Shown piece after piece: positions 20,072-27,689 of a DNA stretch of 64,000 bases. The stretch comes from Candidatus Omnitrophota bacterium. Lineage in GTDB: Bacteria > Omnitrophota > Gorgyraeia > Gygaellales > Profunditerraquicolaceae. The DNA lies in assembly GCA_041663665.1 (NCBI GenBank), contig JBAYMG010000003.1, positions 3,991-67,990 on the forward strand. The letters are read 5' to 3'. Numbering within the stretch: the stretch's first letter is position 1; every line of letters starts with the position of its first letter. The position numbers and the translations under genes are program-made. The notes beneath the pieces were generated by a model. That model did no database searches, was not told the DNA's origin, and was given only the letters and a program-made list of their open reading frames with translations.

Positions 20072-22066
20072 ATGGCCAAAAATCTAGTGATTGTTGAGTC
20101 TCCGACTAAAGCTAAAACTATCGGTAAAATTTTAGGGCCAGATTTTACCGTGGTTTCATCAATGGGGCATATTATTGATTTGCCGGCGAAAAAACTTGGC
20201 GTAGATATTGAAAATAAATTTGAGCCGGAATATGTGGTTATTCCGATTAAGAAAAAACTATTAACTCAGTTAAGAAAAGAAGCTAAGATCAGTGAAAATA
20301 TATATATGGCTACTGACCCTGATCGGGAGGGAGAGGCTATCGGTTGGCAGATAAAAGAGAAAGTTTTCAAAGGTAAAGATGTTTTGCGCGTGAGTTTTCA
20401 TGAAATTACCCCGCAGGCAGTCAGCCAGGCTTTTAAGAGTGGCCGTGAGTTTAATATTAGAATGATTGAAGCGCAGATTGGGCGCAGGGTGTTGGACCGG
20501 ATCGTGGGTTATTTTTTAAGCCCTTTACTTTGGAAAAAGATTGCCCGGGGTCTTAGTGCCGGGCGTGTGCAATCCGTGGGTTTAAGGTTAATTGTTGAGC
20601 GGGAGAGGCTAATTCAAAAATTTGTGGCCAGTGAATATTGGGAGGTGGCTGCGGAATTGTTCAAGCCTAAAATTTCCGGAGAAAGCAGTTTTAGCGCAAA
20701 ACTGGATAAGGTTGATGGTAAAAAATTAGAGGTAAATTGCCAGAAGGATGCACAGGATATTTGTGATCAATTAAAGGATCAAGAATTCAAAGTCCTTGAG
20801 ATTAAAAAAACAGAAAAGAAACGTAATCCCGCGCCGCCGTTTATTACCAGTACTATGCAGCAGGAGGCATTCAATAAGCTCAGGTTTAATGCTTCAAAAA
20901 CCATGTTAATTGCGCAGCAACTTTATGAAGGCATAAATATCGGTGCGGATAACCCGGTAGGTTTAATTACTTATATGCGTACGGATTCTCCGCAAGTAGC
21001 GTCGGAAGCAATTAACGAGGTGCGTGAATATATCGGTCGGAGTTTTGGTAAGGATTTTCTTCCTGAAAAGCCAAATGTTTATAAGGCTAAGAAATCAGCT
21101 CAGGAAGCGCATGAAGCAATCCGGCCAAGTTATGTCGGCCGGGCGCCTGAGAGCTTAAAAGATTTTCTCAATCATGATCAGATACGGCTTTATGAACTTA
21201 TTTATAATCGTTTTCTAGCCAGTCAAATGAAGCCGGCGGAATATTTGGCTACTGCGGTGAATATCGCAGCGGGTAAATATTTGTTTGTTGCTAATGGCAG
21301 CCATTTACTTTTTGAAGGATTTTTAGCGGCATATAATAAAACCGAAAGTGAGGAGAAAGAAGAAGAGGATGATGAAAAAGAAAAAAATAAAAATGTGATT
21401 CCTCCGCTTGAAATAGGAGAGATTTTGGGCTTAGATAAGCTTACTCCTTCGCAGCATTTCACCAAGCCGCCGCCAAGGTATTCGGACAGTTCTTTAATTA
21501 AGGCGTTAGAAGAGGAGGGTATCGGCCGTCCGTCGACTTATGCTCCGATTATTTATACGATTATTTTACGTGATTATGTGCGTCGGATCAAAGGTTACCT
21601 TAATCCTACGGAGTTAGGTTTTAAAGTTAACGATATGCTGGTTGAATATTTTCCTAAGATTCTTGATCCAAAGTTTACTGCGCTCATGGAAGAGGCGCTG
21701 GATGGAATTGAAGAGGGTAATTTTACCCGGCAAAAAGTTTTAGAGGATTTTTACGCGCCTTTTAAAGTTAGTTTAGATTTTGCCCAGGCAAATATTGTTA
21801 GAGAAGTTATAACCAGTGATCAGATTTGTGATAAGTGCGGCAAGCCGATGATTATTAAGTGGGGCAGGAGGGGTAAGTTTTTAAGCTGTTCAGATTTTCC
21901 GGCCTGTAAAAATTCAAAATCAATTACCTCAGGGGTCAAATGCCCTAATCTTGGTTGTACAGGAGAGTTGATTGAACGGCATTCTCGGCGTGGAGTATTT
22001 TTTGGCTGTTCAAGTTTTCCTAAGTGTACATTCACTTCGCGTACTTTGCCCGAGGATAAAGAATAA
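20072..22066 (+). CDS. topA: DNA topoisomerase I with C-terminal zinc-ribbon repeats
   Basis: MAKNLVIVESPTKAKTIGKILG Toprim, catalytic domains, three C-terminal C4 zinc fingers; 664 aa. Contains an acidic low-complexity insert EEKEEEDDEKEKNKN. Confidence 0.95.
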   Translation: MAKNLVIVESPTKAKTIGKILGPDFTVVSSMGHIIDLPAKKLGVDIENKFEPEYVVIPIKKKLLTQLRKEAKISENIYMATDPDREGEAIGWQIKEKVFKGKDVLRVSFHEITPQAVSQAFKSGREFNIRMIEAQIGRRVLDRIVGYFLSPLLWKKIARGLSAGRVQSVGLRLIVERERLIQKFVASEYWEVAAELFKPKISGESSFSAKLDKVDGKKLEVNCQKDAQDICDQLKDQEFKVLEIKKTEKKRNPAPPFITSTMQQEAFNKLRFNASKTMLIAQQLYEGINIGADNPVGLITYMRTDSPQVASEAINEVREYIGRSFGKDFLPEKPNVYKAKKSAQEAHEAIRPSYVGRAPESLKDFLNHDQIRLYELIYNRFLASQMKPAEYLATAVNIAAGKYLFVANGSHLLFEGFLAAYNKTESEEKEEEDDEKEKNKNVIPPLEIGEILGLDKLTPSQHFTKPPPRYSDSSLIKALEEEGIGRPSTYAPIIYTIILRDYVRRIKGYLNPTELGFKVNDMLVEYFPKILDPKFTALMEEALDGIEEGNFTRQKVLEDFYAPFKVSLDFAQANIVREVITSDQICDKCGKPMIIKWGRRGKFLSCSDFPACKNSKSITSGVKCPNLGCTGELIERHSRRGVFFGCSSFPKCTFTSRTLPEDKE

Positions 22067-22068
22067 TC

Positions 22069-22938
22069 ATGGAGAAGTATATAGAAAAATTTGTGCGCTA
22101 TTTGGAAATCGAGAAGAATTATTCCCCGAATACTATTGTAAATTATAAAGTTGACCTTGAGGGATTTAATAAATTTATTTCCTCTTCTGAGCTTGAGAAA
22201 ATTGATTATTTGATGCTCAGGAAATATTTAGCGGTGCTCAAAGAGAAAGGGCTGGGCAATCGCAGCGTTGGGCGCAAGCTTTCGACATTGCGCAGCTTTT
22301 TTAGATTTCTCACTCGTGAGGGGTACATAAAGAGTAATCCTATGCTTATGCTTTCCAGCCCCAAGCTTGAAAAGCATCTGCCTTCTTTTATGACCGAGGA
22401 TGAGGTTTATAAACTTATTGAATCAGCTTTTGCTAAAAATGAAAAAGATCTTTTAGGCTTGCGTGACCGGGCAATTCTTGAAGCATTTTATTCAAGCGGT
22501 TTGCGTATCTCGGAGTTAGTGGGTTTAAATCTCGGTGACATTGATTTTATCAGTGGTATTTTAAAGATAAAAGGCAAGGGTAAAAAAGAGAGGATTGTCC
22601 CGATGGGGGAAACTGCCCTTCTGGCAATTCGCAATTATCTGAGTAAAAGAAAGAAGCAGACAGATGCCACGTTTTTAAATAACAATAGCCGGCGGATTAC
22701 AGCGCGCGGAGTACGTTTTGTTTTAAAAAAATATTTAGTTGCTGCCGGAATTAAGCCGGGAGTTTCGGCGCATACTTTTCGCCATTCATTTGCAACGCAT
22801 CTATTAAACCGGGGAGCAGATTTGCGCACAGTCCAGGAGCTTTTGGGACATGCAAATTTATCGACGACTCAAATTTATACGCATTTAACTACTGAAAAAT
22901 TAAAAAGTGTTTACGATAAAGCGCATCCGCACGCCTAA
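22069..22938 (+). CDS. tyrosine recombinase XerC/XerD family
   Basis: N-terminal SAM-like domain plus the catalytic R..HxxR..Y region (HTFRHSFATHLL...TQIYTH); 289 aa. I cannot tell XerC from XerD. Confidence 0.88.
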   Translation: MEKYIEKFVRYLEIEKNYSPNTIVNYKVDLEGFNKFISSSELEKIDYLMLRKYLAVLKEKGLGNRSVGRKLSTLRSFFRFLTREGYIKSNPMLMLSSPKLEKHLPSFMTEDEVYKLIESAFAKNEKDLLGLRDRAILEAFYSSGLRISELVGLNLGDIDFISGILKIKGKGKKERIVPMGETALLAIRNYLSKRKKQTDATFLNNNSRRITARGVRFVLKKYLVAAGIKPGVSAHTFRHSFATHLLNRGADLRTVQELLGHANLSTTQIYTHLTTEKLKSVYDKAHPHA

Positions 22939-22946
22939 AACAAAAA

Positions 22947-24218
22947 ATGTTTATAATTTATAATTTAATATTTTTTATTTTTATGTTGGGGTATCTACCC
23001 ATTTATTTATTACGCGGTAAATTCCACCGTGGATTTGCCCGGCGTTTGGGGTTTCTACCTGATAACCTGAAATTGGATAATCCGATTTGGATTCATGCCG
23101 TAAGCGTTGGTGAGGCTATTGCGGTTAAAGGATTAGTTGCTGAATTAAGAAAAGCTTATCCGCAGAAAAGGCTGGTTATTTCTACTGTAACTGCTACGGG
23201 GAATAAACTTGCGGAAAGTTTAATAGCTGAGGGTGATTTTTTGACTTATTTGCCTTTAGATTTTAGTTTTCTCGTTAAACATGTTCTTAAACAGGTTAAT
23301 CCTTGCATGTTTATTATCGCTGAGACTGAAATTTGGCCTAATTTGATTACCTGCCTTTATAAGCAAAAAATACCAGTAATTACGGTTAACGGCAGGATTT
23401 CGGATAGTTCTTATTCCGGGTACCGGGCAATTAAATTTTTTATCCGGCCGATTCTAAATAAAATTACAAAATTTTGCGTACAATCAGGTACTGATGCGCA
23501 GCGTTTGCAAAATTTAGGGGTGGATAAAAATAAAATTCAGGTTACCGGGAATGTAAAGTTTGATATTAATTTAGAGGTAGTTTCGCAAATAGATGCATTA
23601 AGTTACCGCCAGAAACTTATGTTTGGTCAGGGAGATAAATTATTAATTTGTGGCAGTACGCATCCGAAAGAAGAAGAAATAATTTTTGAAGCTTACAAAC
23701 AGCTTTTAATAATTTTTCCTCAGATGAAACTTCTTATTGCCCCTCGTCATCCGGAGCGCAGTAAGGGTATTGCCAAGTTGGCGGTGGATAATGGTTTTAC
23801 GCCGGTTCTTATTTCAGATATACTTAACTTAAGCTTAGCCTCTATTAGCCGGCCAGTATTTATTTTAAATATAATCGGTGAGCTATTTAATTATTATTCT
23901 GCTGCAGATATTGTTTTTATTGGGGGTAGTTTTGTTAAAACCGGAGGGCATAATATTCTTGAACCGGCTAGTTTGAATAAGCCGGTCATTTTTGGTCCGC
24001 ATATGTATAATTTTCGGGACATCAGTGAATTATTTTTAAAAAATAAAGCTGCTTTCATGGTTTTTGATGCTGATGAATTGGCGGCAAAGATAAAAGAAAT
24101 TATTGAAAGCGATTCTTTAGTTCAAGGAATAGTTGCTCGGGCTAGGGAGTTAATTATTAAGAACCGGGGGGCAAACAAAAGGAACATTCAGGTTATCTGG
24201 GATCTAAATTTAATTTAA
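22947..24218 (+). CDS. waaA: 3-deoxy-D-manno-octulosonic acid (Kdo) transferase
   Basis: IWIHAVSVGEAIAVKGLVAELRKAYP matches the WaaA/KdtA N-terminal signature; 423 aa. Confidence 0.9.
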   Translation: MFIIYNLIFFIFMLGYLPIYLLRGKFHRGFARRLGFLPDNLKLDNPIWIHAVSVGEAIAVKGLVAELRKAYPQKRLVISTVTATGNKLAESLIAEGDFLTYLPLDFSFLVKHVLKQVNPCMFIIAETEIWPNLITCLYKQKIPVITVNGRISDSSYSGYRAIKFFIRPILNKITKFCVQSGTDAQRLQNLGVDKNKIQVTGNVKFDINLEVVSQIDALSYRQKLMFGQGDKLLICGSTHPKEEEIIFEAYKQLLIIFPQMKLLIAPRHPERSKGIAKLAVDNGFTPVLISDILNLSLASISRPVFILNIIGELFNYYSAADIVFIGGSFVKTGGHNILEPASLNKPVIFGPHMYNFRDISELFLKNKAAFMVFDADELAAKIKEIIESDSLVQGIVARARELIIKNRGANKRNIQVIWDLNLI

Positions 24219-24223
24219 GGAGC

Positions 24224-24700
24224 GTGAATATGGCGGGTGAAATTTATCTGACACAGGAAGGTTATGAAAAGCTGGTTAATGAATTAGAGTATTTAAAAAC
24301 CGTTAAGCGCCACCAACTTTCAAGAGCCGTAGGCGAGGCGCGGGCACACGGGGACATTAGTGAAAATGCTGAATATGATGCAGCTAAAGATGCCCAGGGT
24401 CATAATGAGAAACAAATTGTGGAGTTAGAAGATAAATTGGCGCAGGTGCGCATTCTTGATAAGAATATCTCCAGCGATGAAGTTTTAATCGGGGCGACAG
24501 TAAAGCTAAGGGATATGGATACTGATGAAGAGTTGGAATATACTTTAGTTTCGGAGCTGGAGGCAGATTATAACCGGGGTAAGATTTCTGTGAATTCTCC
24601 GGTGGGAGGTGGTTTGTTGGGTTATAAGGAAAATGAAATAGCGGAAATAAAAATTCCTGCGGGGATTTTAAAATATAAAATAGTTAAGATATCGCGTTAA
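24224..24700 (+). CDS. greA: transcription elongation factor GreA
   Basis: LTQEGYEKLVNELEYLKTVKR...AHGDISENAEYDAAKD; 158 aa. Confidence 0.95.
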   Translation: MNMAGEIYLTQEGYEKLVNELEYLKTVKRHQLSRAVGEARAHGDISENAEYDAAKDAQGHNEKQIVELEDKLAQVRILDKNISSDEVLIGATVKLRDMDTDEELEYTLVSELEADYNRGKISVNSPVGGGLLGYKENEIAEIKIPAGILKYKIVKISR

Positions 24701-24709
24701 GCTTAAAAA

Positions 24710-24877
24710 ATGCAAGAGAAGATCGGACATTTGAAAGTAAATATTTTTAAGATTAAGAATCGGGCAGGGTTTGCGGCTATTTGCTTTGAGCATCTTACTG
24801 AAGGTAAGACTCCTCAGGAAGCCTACGAGCGTATGGTTAAGGCTATACGCAGAAGCAATCACAAGCAGATAGGTTAA
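24710..24877 (+). CDS. small hypothetical ORF (55 aa), not in the ORF track
   Basis: ATG 24710 to TAA 24875-24877, in the only long (>200 nt) gap of this region. Peptide MQEKIGHLKVNIFKIKNRAGFAAICFEHLTEGKTPQEAYERMVKAIRRSNHKQIG. No SD seen; coding status unproven. Confidence 0.25.
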   Translation: MQEKIGHLKVNIFKIKNRAGFAAICFEHLTEGKTPQEAYERMVKAIRRSNHKQIG

Positions 24878-24911
24878 ACAGGTTGGTTGTTCTATTAATC
24901 GATAAAGCCAG

Positions 24912-25292
24912 ATGAAAAAAACTATTTTTAGTTTGTTGATTATTTTTCTAATTTGTATAGTTTCCATTGTTTTTGCCGGTCAGGATTTTTCACGAAAATT
25001 TAAGGTCATACGCGTTCCTTTGGGAAAGGTTATCGCTATACCTTTGGACTCAAATCCCTCTACGGGATTTAGCTGGCAGTTAGTAAAAATATCGGATAAG
25101 ATGATTCTAGAGTTTGTAAAAAAAGAATATATCGCTAATTCAGGAAACACAGTGGGTTCTGGGGGGATAGAGAGCTGGAGTTTTAAAACTCTTAAACACG
25201 GTACGGCAATTATTGTCTTAGAGTATGTTCGAGCTTGGGAAAAAGATTTAGCTACAGCAAAAAAAGAAGAGTTTACTGTTTTTGTTGAATGA
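24912..25292 (+). CDS. secreted chagasin-family (I42) peptidase inhibitor-like protein
   Basis: Signal peptide MKKTIFSLLIIFLICIVSIVFA. The NPSTGFSWQL motif matches the chagasin NPTTGY(S/T)W signature. 126 aa. Confidence 0.55.
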   Translation: MKKTIFSLLIIFLICIVSIVFAGQDFSRKFKVIRVPLGKVIAIPLDSNPSTGFSWQLVKISDKMILEFVKKEYIANSGNTVGSGGIESWSFKTLKHGTAIIVLEYVRAWEKDLATAKKEEFTVFVE

Positions 25293-25765
25293 AAAAACTA
25301 GATATAAAATTTATGCAGTTGGCAATGGCTAAGGCTAGAGCGGGGGTAGAAAGCGGCCAGACTCCTTTTGGTGCCTGTATTGTGAAAAATGGCAAAGTTA
25401 TTGCCTGCAGCCATAATATTGTCTGGCAGGATACGGATATTACTGCTCATGCTGAAATAACTGCAATTCGCCTTGCCTGCAAGTCATTAAGAACAATAGA
25501 CCTGTCTGGCTGTACTATTTATTCTACCTGTGAGCCATGTCCGATGTGTTTTTCTGCTTGTCATTGGTCGAGGATCTCAAGGATTGTTTTTGGTGCCGGG
25601 ATCCAGGATGCCCGGAGATTCGGTTTTAATGAATTGGCGATTTCTAACTTAAGGCTTAAGCAATTAACTAAAAGTAAGATTGAAATTATCTCAGGCTTAT
25701 TGGTTAAAGAGAATATCGGGCTTTTTGAGTTTTGGCAAAGACAGCCGAAAGCGAAAACTTATTAA
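25289..25765 (+). CDS. CDA-fold nucleoside/nucleotide deaminase (TadA / guanine deaminase-like)
   Basis: HAEITAI ... CEPCPMC zinc-binding motifs; 158 aa; ATGA overlap with the upstream gene. Confidence 0.8.
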   Translation: MKKLDIKFMQLAMAKARAGVESGQTPFGACIVKNGKVIACSHNIVWQDTDITAHAEITAIRLACKSLRTIDLSGCTIYSTCEPCPMCFSACHWSRISRIVFGAGIQDARRFGFNELAISNLRLKQLTKSKIEIISGLLVKENIGLFEFWQRQPKAKTY

Positions 25766-25769
25766 CAAG

Positions 25770-25783
25770 TAATTTGCAAATTA
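25770..25783. promoter_or_regulatory. 14-bp perfect palindrome TAATTTGCAAATTA 9 nt upstream of the STAS-PilZ start codon
   Basis: Read directly; sits where an SD or operator would be expected. Confidence 0.3.
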
Positions 25784-25792
25784 GATCCTAAT

Positions 25793-26515
25793 ATGTTAGA
25801 GATAAAAATAAGGCAGCTGGGGAATATTGTTATTTTAGATTTAAGCGGACGCATAGACGTAGATTCGGCTAATTTAGTGGAAGTAGCCGGCCAATGTGTG
25901 TCTAATGGTTACATAGATATTCTTTGTAATTTTGAAGATATTCAGACTATCGATTATATGGGTATTTCGGTAGTGGTTATTGCTTATAAAGAGGTGGTTA
26001 ACCATCTGGGTAGAATGAAATTTATCAATATTCCGGCACACCTTAAGAGTGCTTTAGTAGTTTCCGGCATAGACAAGGTTATTGAAACTTATGCTTCCGA
26101 AGATATAGCCTTAAATAGTTTTAAGGAAGATAAAATTATTGAGAAAATTAAGAAAATGCAGCTGCGCCGCAGGTTTAAGCGCTTGCCCATTGACCTAAAG
26201 GTAGAATTAAAATCTAAACAAGATAATTCTTTATCCTGTCCGGAACTTGACATGCTTAACTTAAGCGCTATCGGCGCTTATATATTCGGGTGTAATAAGT
26301 TTAAACTGGGGGATGAAGTATTGCTTAAGATGAAGCTTGCTCCGCAACAGGACCAGCTCTGTTTAGAGGCAATCGTAGTTTGGATACCGGATAGGGCTGT
26401 TCAACCGCATCAGTATCCGGGAATCGGGGTAGAGTTTGTTAATCTATCTATAGTCAACCAGCAGAAATTGATCGCATTTATTGAACGTAATCTTTCTTTT
26501 ATGTCTTCGGATTAA
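25793..26515 (+). CDS. STAS (anti-sigma-factor antagonist-like) domain fused to a C-terminal PilZ c-di-GMP-binding domain
   Basis: N-terminus IVILDLSGRIDVDSANLVE...KFINIPAHLKSALVVSGIDKV (STAS fold). C-terminus has RRRFKR (RxxxR) and NLSAIG (D/NxSxxG) PilZ motifs. Confidence 0.65.
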   Translation: MLEIKIRQLGNIVILDLSGRIDVDSANLVEVAGQCVSNGYIDILCNFEDIQTIDYMGISVVVIAYKEVVNHLGRMKFINIPAHLKSALVVSGIDKVIETYASEDIALNSFKEDKIIEKIKKMQLRRRFKRLPIDLKVELKSKQDNSLSCPELDMLNLSAIGAYIFGCNKFKLGDEVLLKMKLAPQQDQLCLEAIVVWIPDRAVQPHQYPGIGVEFVNLSIVNQQKLIAFIERNLSFMSSD

Positions 26516-26562
26516 AATTTCATATCTTGTTGTAACTCTTCAGTTTTTATTCTTTAAAACAG

Positions 26563-26591
26563 TTGCCCCGGCACTCCTTGTGTGATAAAAT
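26563..26591 (+). promoter_or_regulatory. sigma70-like promoter candidate for lpxK and the LPS operon
   Basis: -35 TTGCCC at 26563-26568, a 17-nt spacer, and -10 TAAAAT at 26586-26591. Confidence 0.3.
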
Positions 26592-26594
26592 ATT

Positions 26595-27689
26595 ATGTTT
26601 TGGTATACTTATTTTAAAGGGGGAATTCCGGTGGTTTCGCTAAAAGAGCACTTATGTAATTTGGTTACCGGCAAAACAAAAGGTTTGGTGGCTGGGCTTT
26701 TGAGGGGTTTTTTATTTGTGCTTTCTTTAATTTATGGTTTGATTGTAGTTATTTTGGCAGGGTTCTATAGGGCCAGGCCGGTTAAATTTAAAGCTAAAGT
26801 TATCAGTGTAGGTAATATTACCTTGGGGGGTACAGGTAAAACGACTTTTGTTGAGTATTTGGCTGGTAAATTAAATTTAGAAGGAAGGAAGATTGCAGTA
26901 TTAAGCCGCGGTTATAAAAGTAAAAAGCATGACGGCTTGCAAGCCAGGGGTGATGAGCCGGCTATGTTAGAAAAGAAATTGCCATTTGCTCTAGTGTTAG
27001 TTGATAAGAATAGGGTCAGGTCGGCTCTTAAGGCGACTAAAGATTATGCGGTAGATACCTTAATTCTTGATGACGGTTTGCAGCAGTGGCGGATATTTAA
27101 AGATTTAGAGATAGTGGCTATTGATGTCGGCAATGCTTTTGGAAATTCCCGTATACTTCCGGCTGGTTTCTTGAGGGAGCCGCTAAGTGCTTTAAAGCGT
27201 GCAGATGTCTTTCTGTTGACTCAAGGCTTTCTTGGGCAAGATGTAAATGAATTGACGGCTAAATTAAAACGCATAAATTCTCAAGCCCTAATTATTGAAT
27301 CCGTACATCAACCTGTGGGGTTTAGCCCCCTGGATAACCCGGATGAGCTGTTAAGTTTAGATTTCTTTAGAGGCAAAAGTGTAATGATATTTTCTGGTAT
27401 TGGCAATCCCCTGGGGTTTGAAAATAGCATTAGTTCATTGGGAGCCAATATTGCTAAAGCAATTAGATTTAGCGACCATCATGATTATACTATTGAGGAT
27501 GTCGATAAGCTTATTGTTGAAGCACAACGAAAGAAATTAGAAGCAGTTATCACAACCGAAAAGGATGCTGTTAAAATCAGGCAGTTAGGGATAAAGGATT
27601 CCGGCATATCGGTCTTAGGCATAGAGTTAAAGGTAATTAAAAATGAAGCCGAACTCGATCGTAGATTATTCAGCTTGTATTCTTTTTAG
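26595..27689 (+). CDS. lpxK: tetraacyldisaccharide 4'-kinase
   Basis: P-loop VGNITLGGTGKT; 364 aa. The in-frame GTG at 26631, with SD AAGGGGGAA 7 nt upstream, is a better start if the promoter at 26563-26591 is real. Confidence 0.88.
   Translation: MFWYTYFKGGIPVVSLKEHLCNLVTGKTKGLVAGLLRGFLFVLSLIYGLIVVILAGFYRARPVKFKAKVISVGNITLGGTGKTTFVEYLAGKLNLEGRKIAVLSRGYKSKKHDGLQARGDEPAMLEKKLPFALVLVDKNRVRSALKATKDYAVDTLILDDGLQQWRIFKDLEIVAIDVGNAFGNSRILPAGFLREPLSALKRADVFLLTQGFLGQDVNELTAKLKRINSQALIIESVHQPVGFSPLDNPDELLSLDFFRGKSVMIFSGIGNPLGFENSISSLGANIAKAIRFSDHHDYTIEDVDKLIVEAQRKKLEAVITTEKDAVKIRQLGIKDSGISVLGIELKVIKNEAELDRRLFSLYSF

Noticed and set aside
21340-21400. Purine-rich simple repeat (gaggagaaagaagaagaggatgatgaaaaagaaaaaaataaaaat) that looked like a DNA tandem repeat
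   Set aside because: It encodes an in-frame acidic/lysine low-complexity linker (EEKEEEDDEKEKNKN) inside topA. It is not a noncoding repeat or CRISPR-like array.
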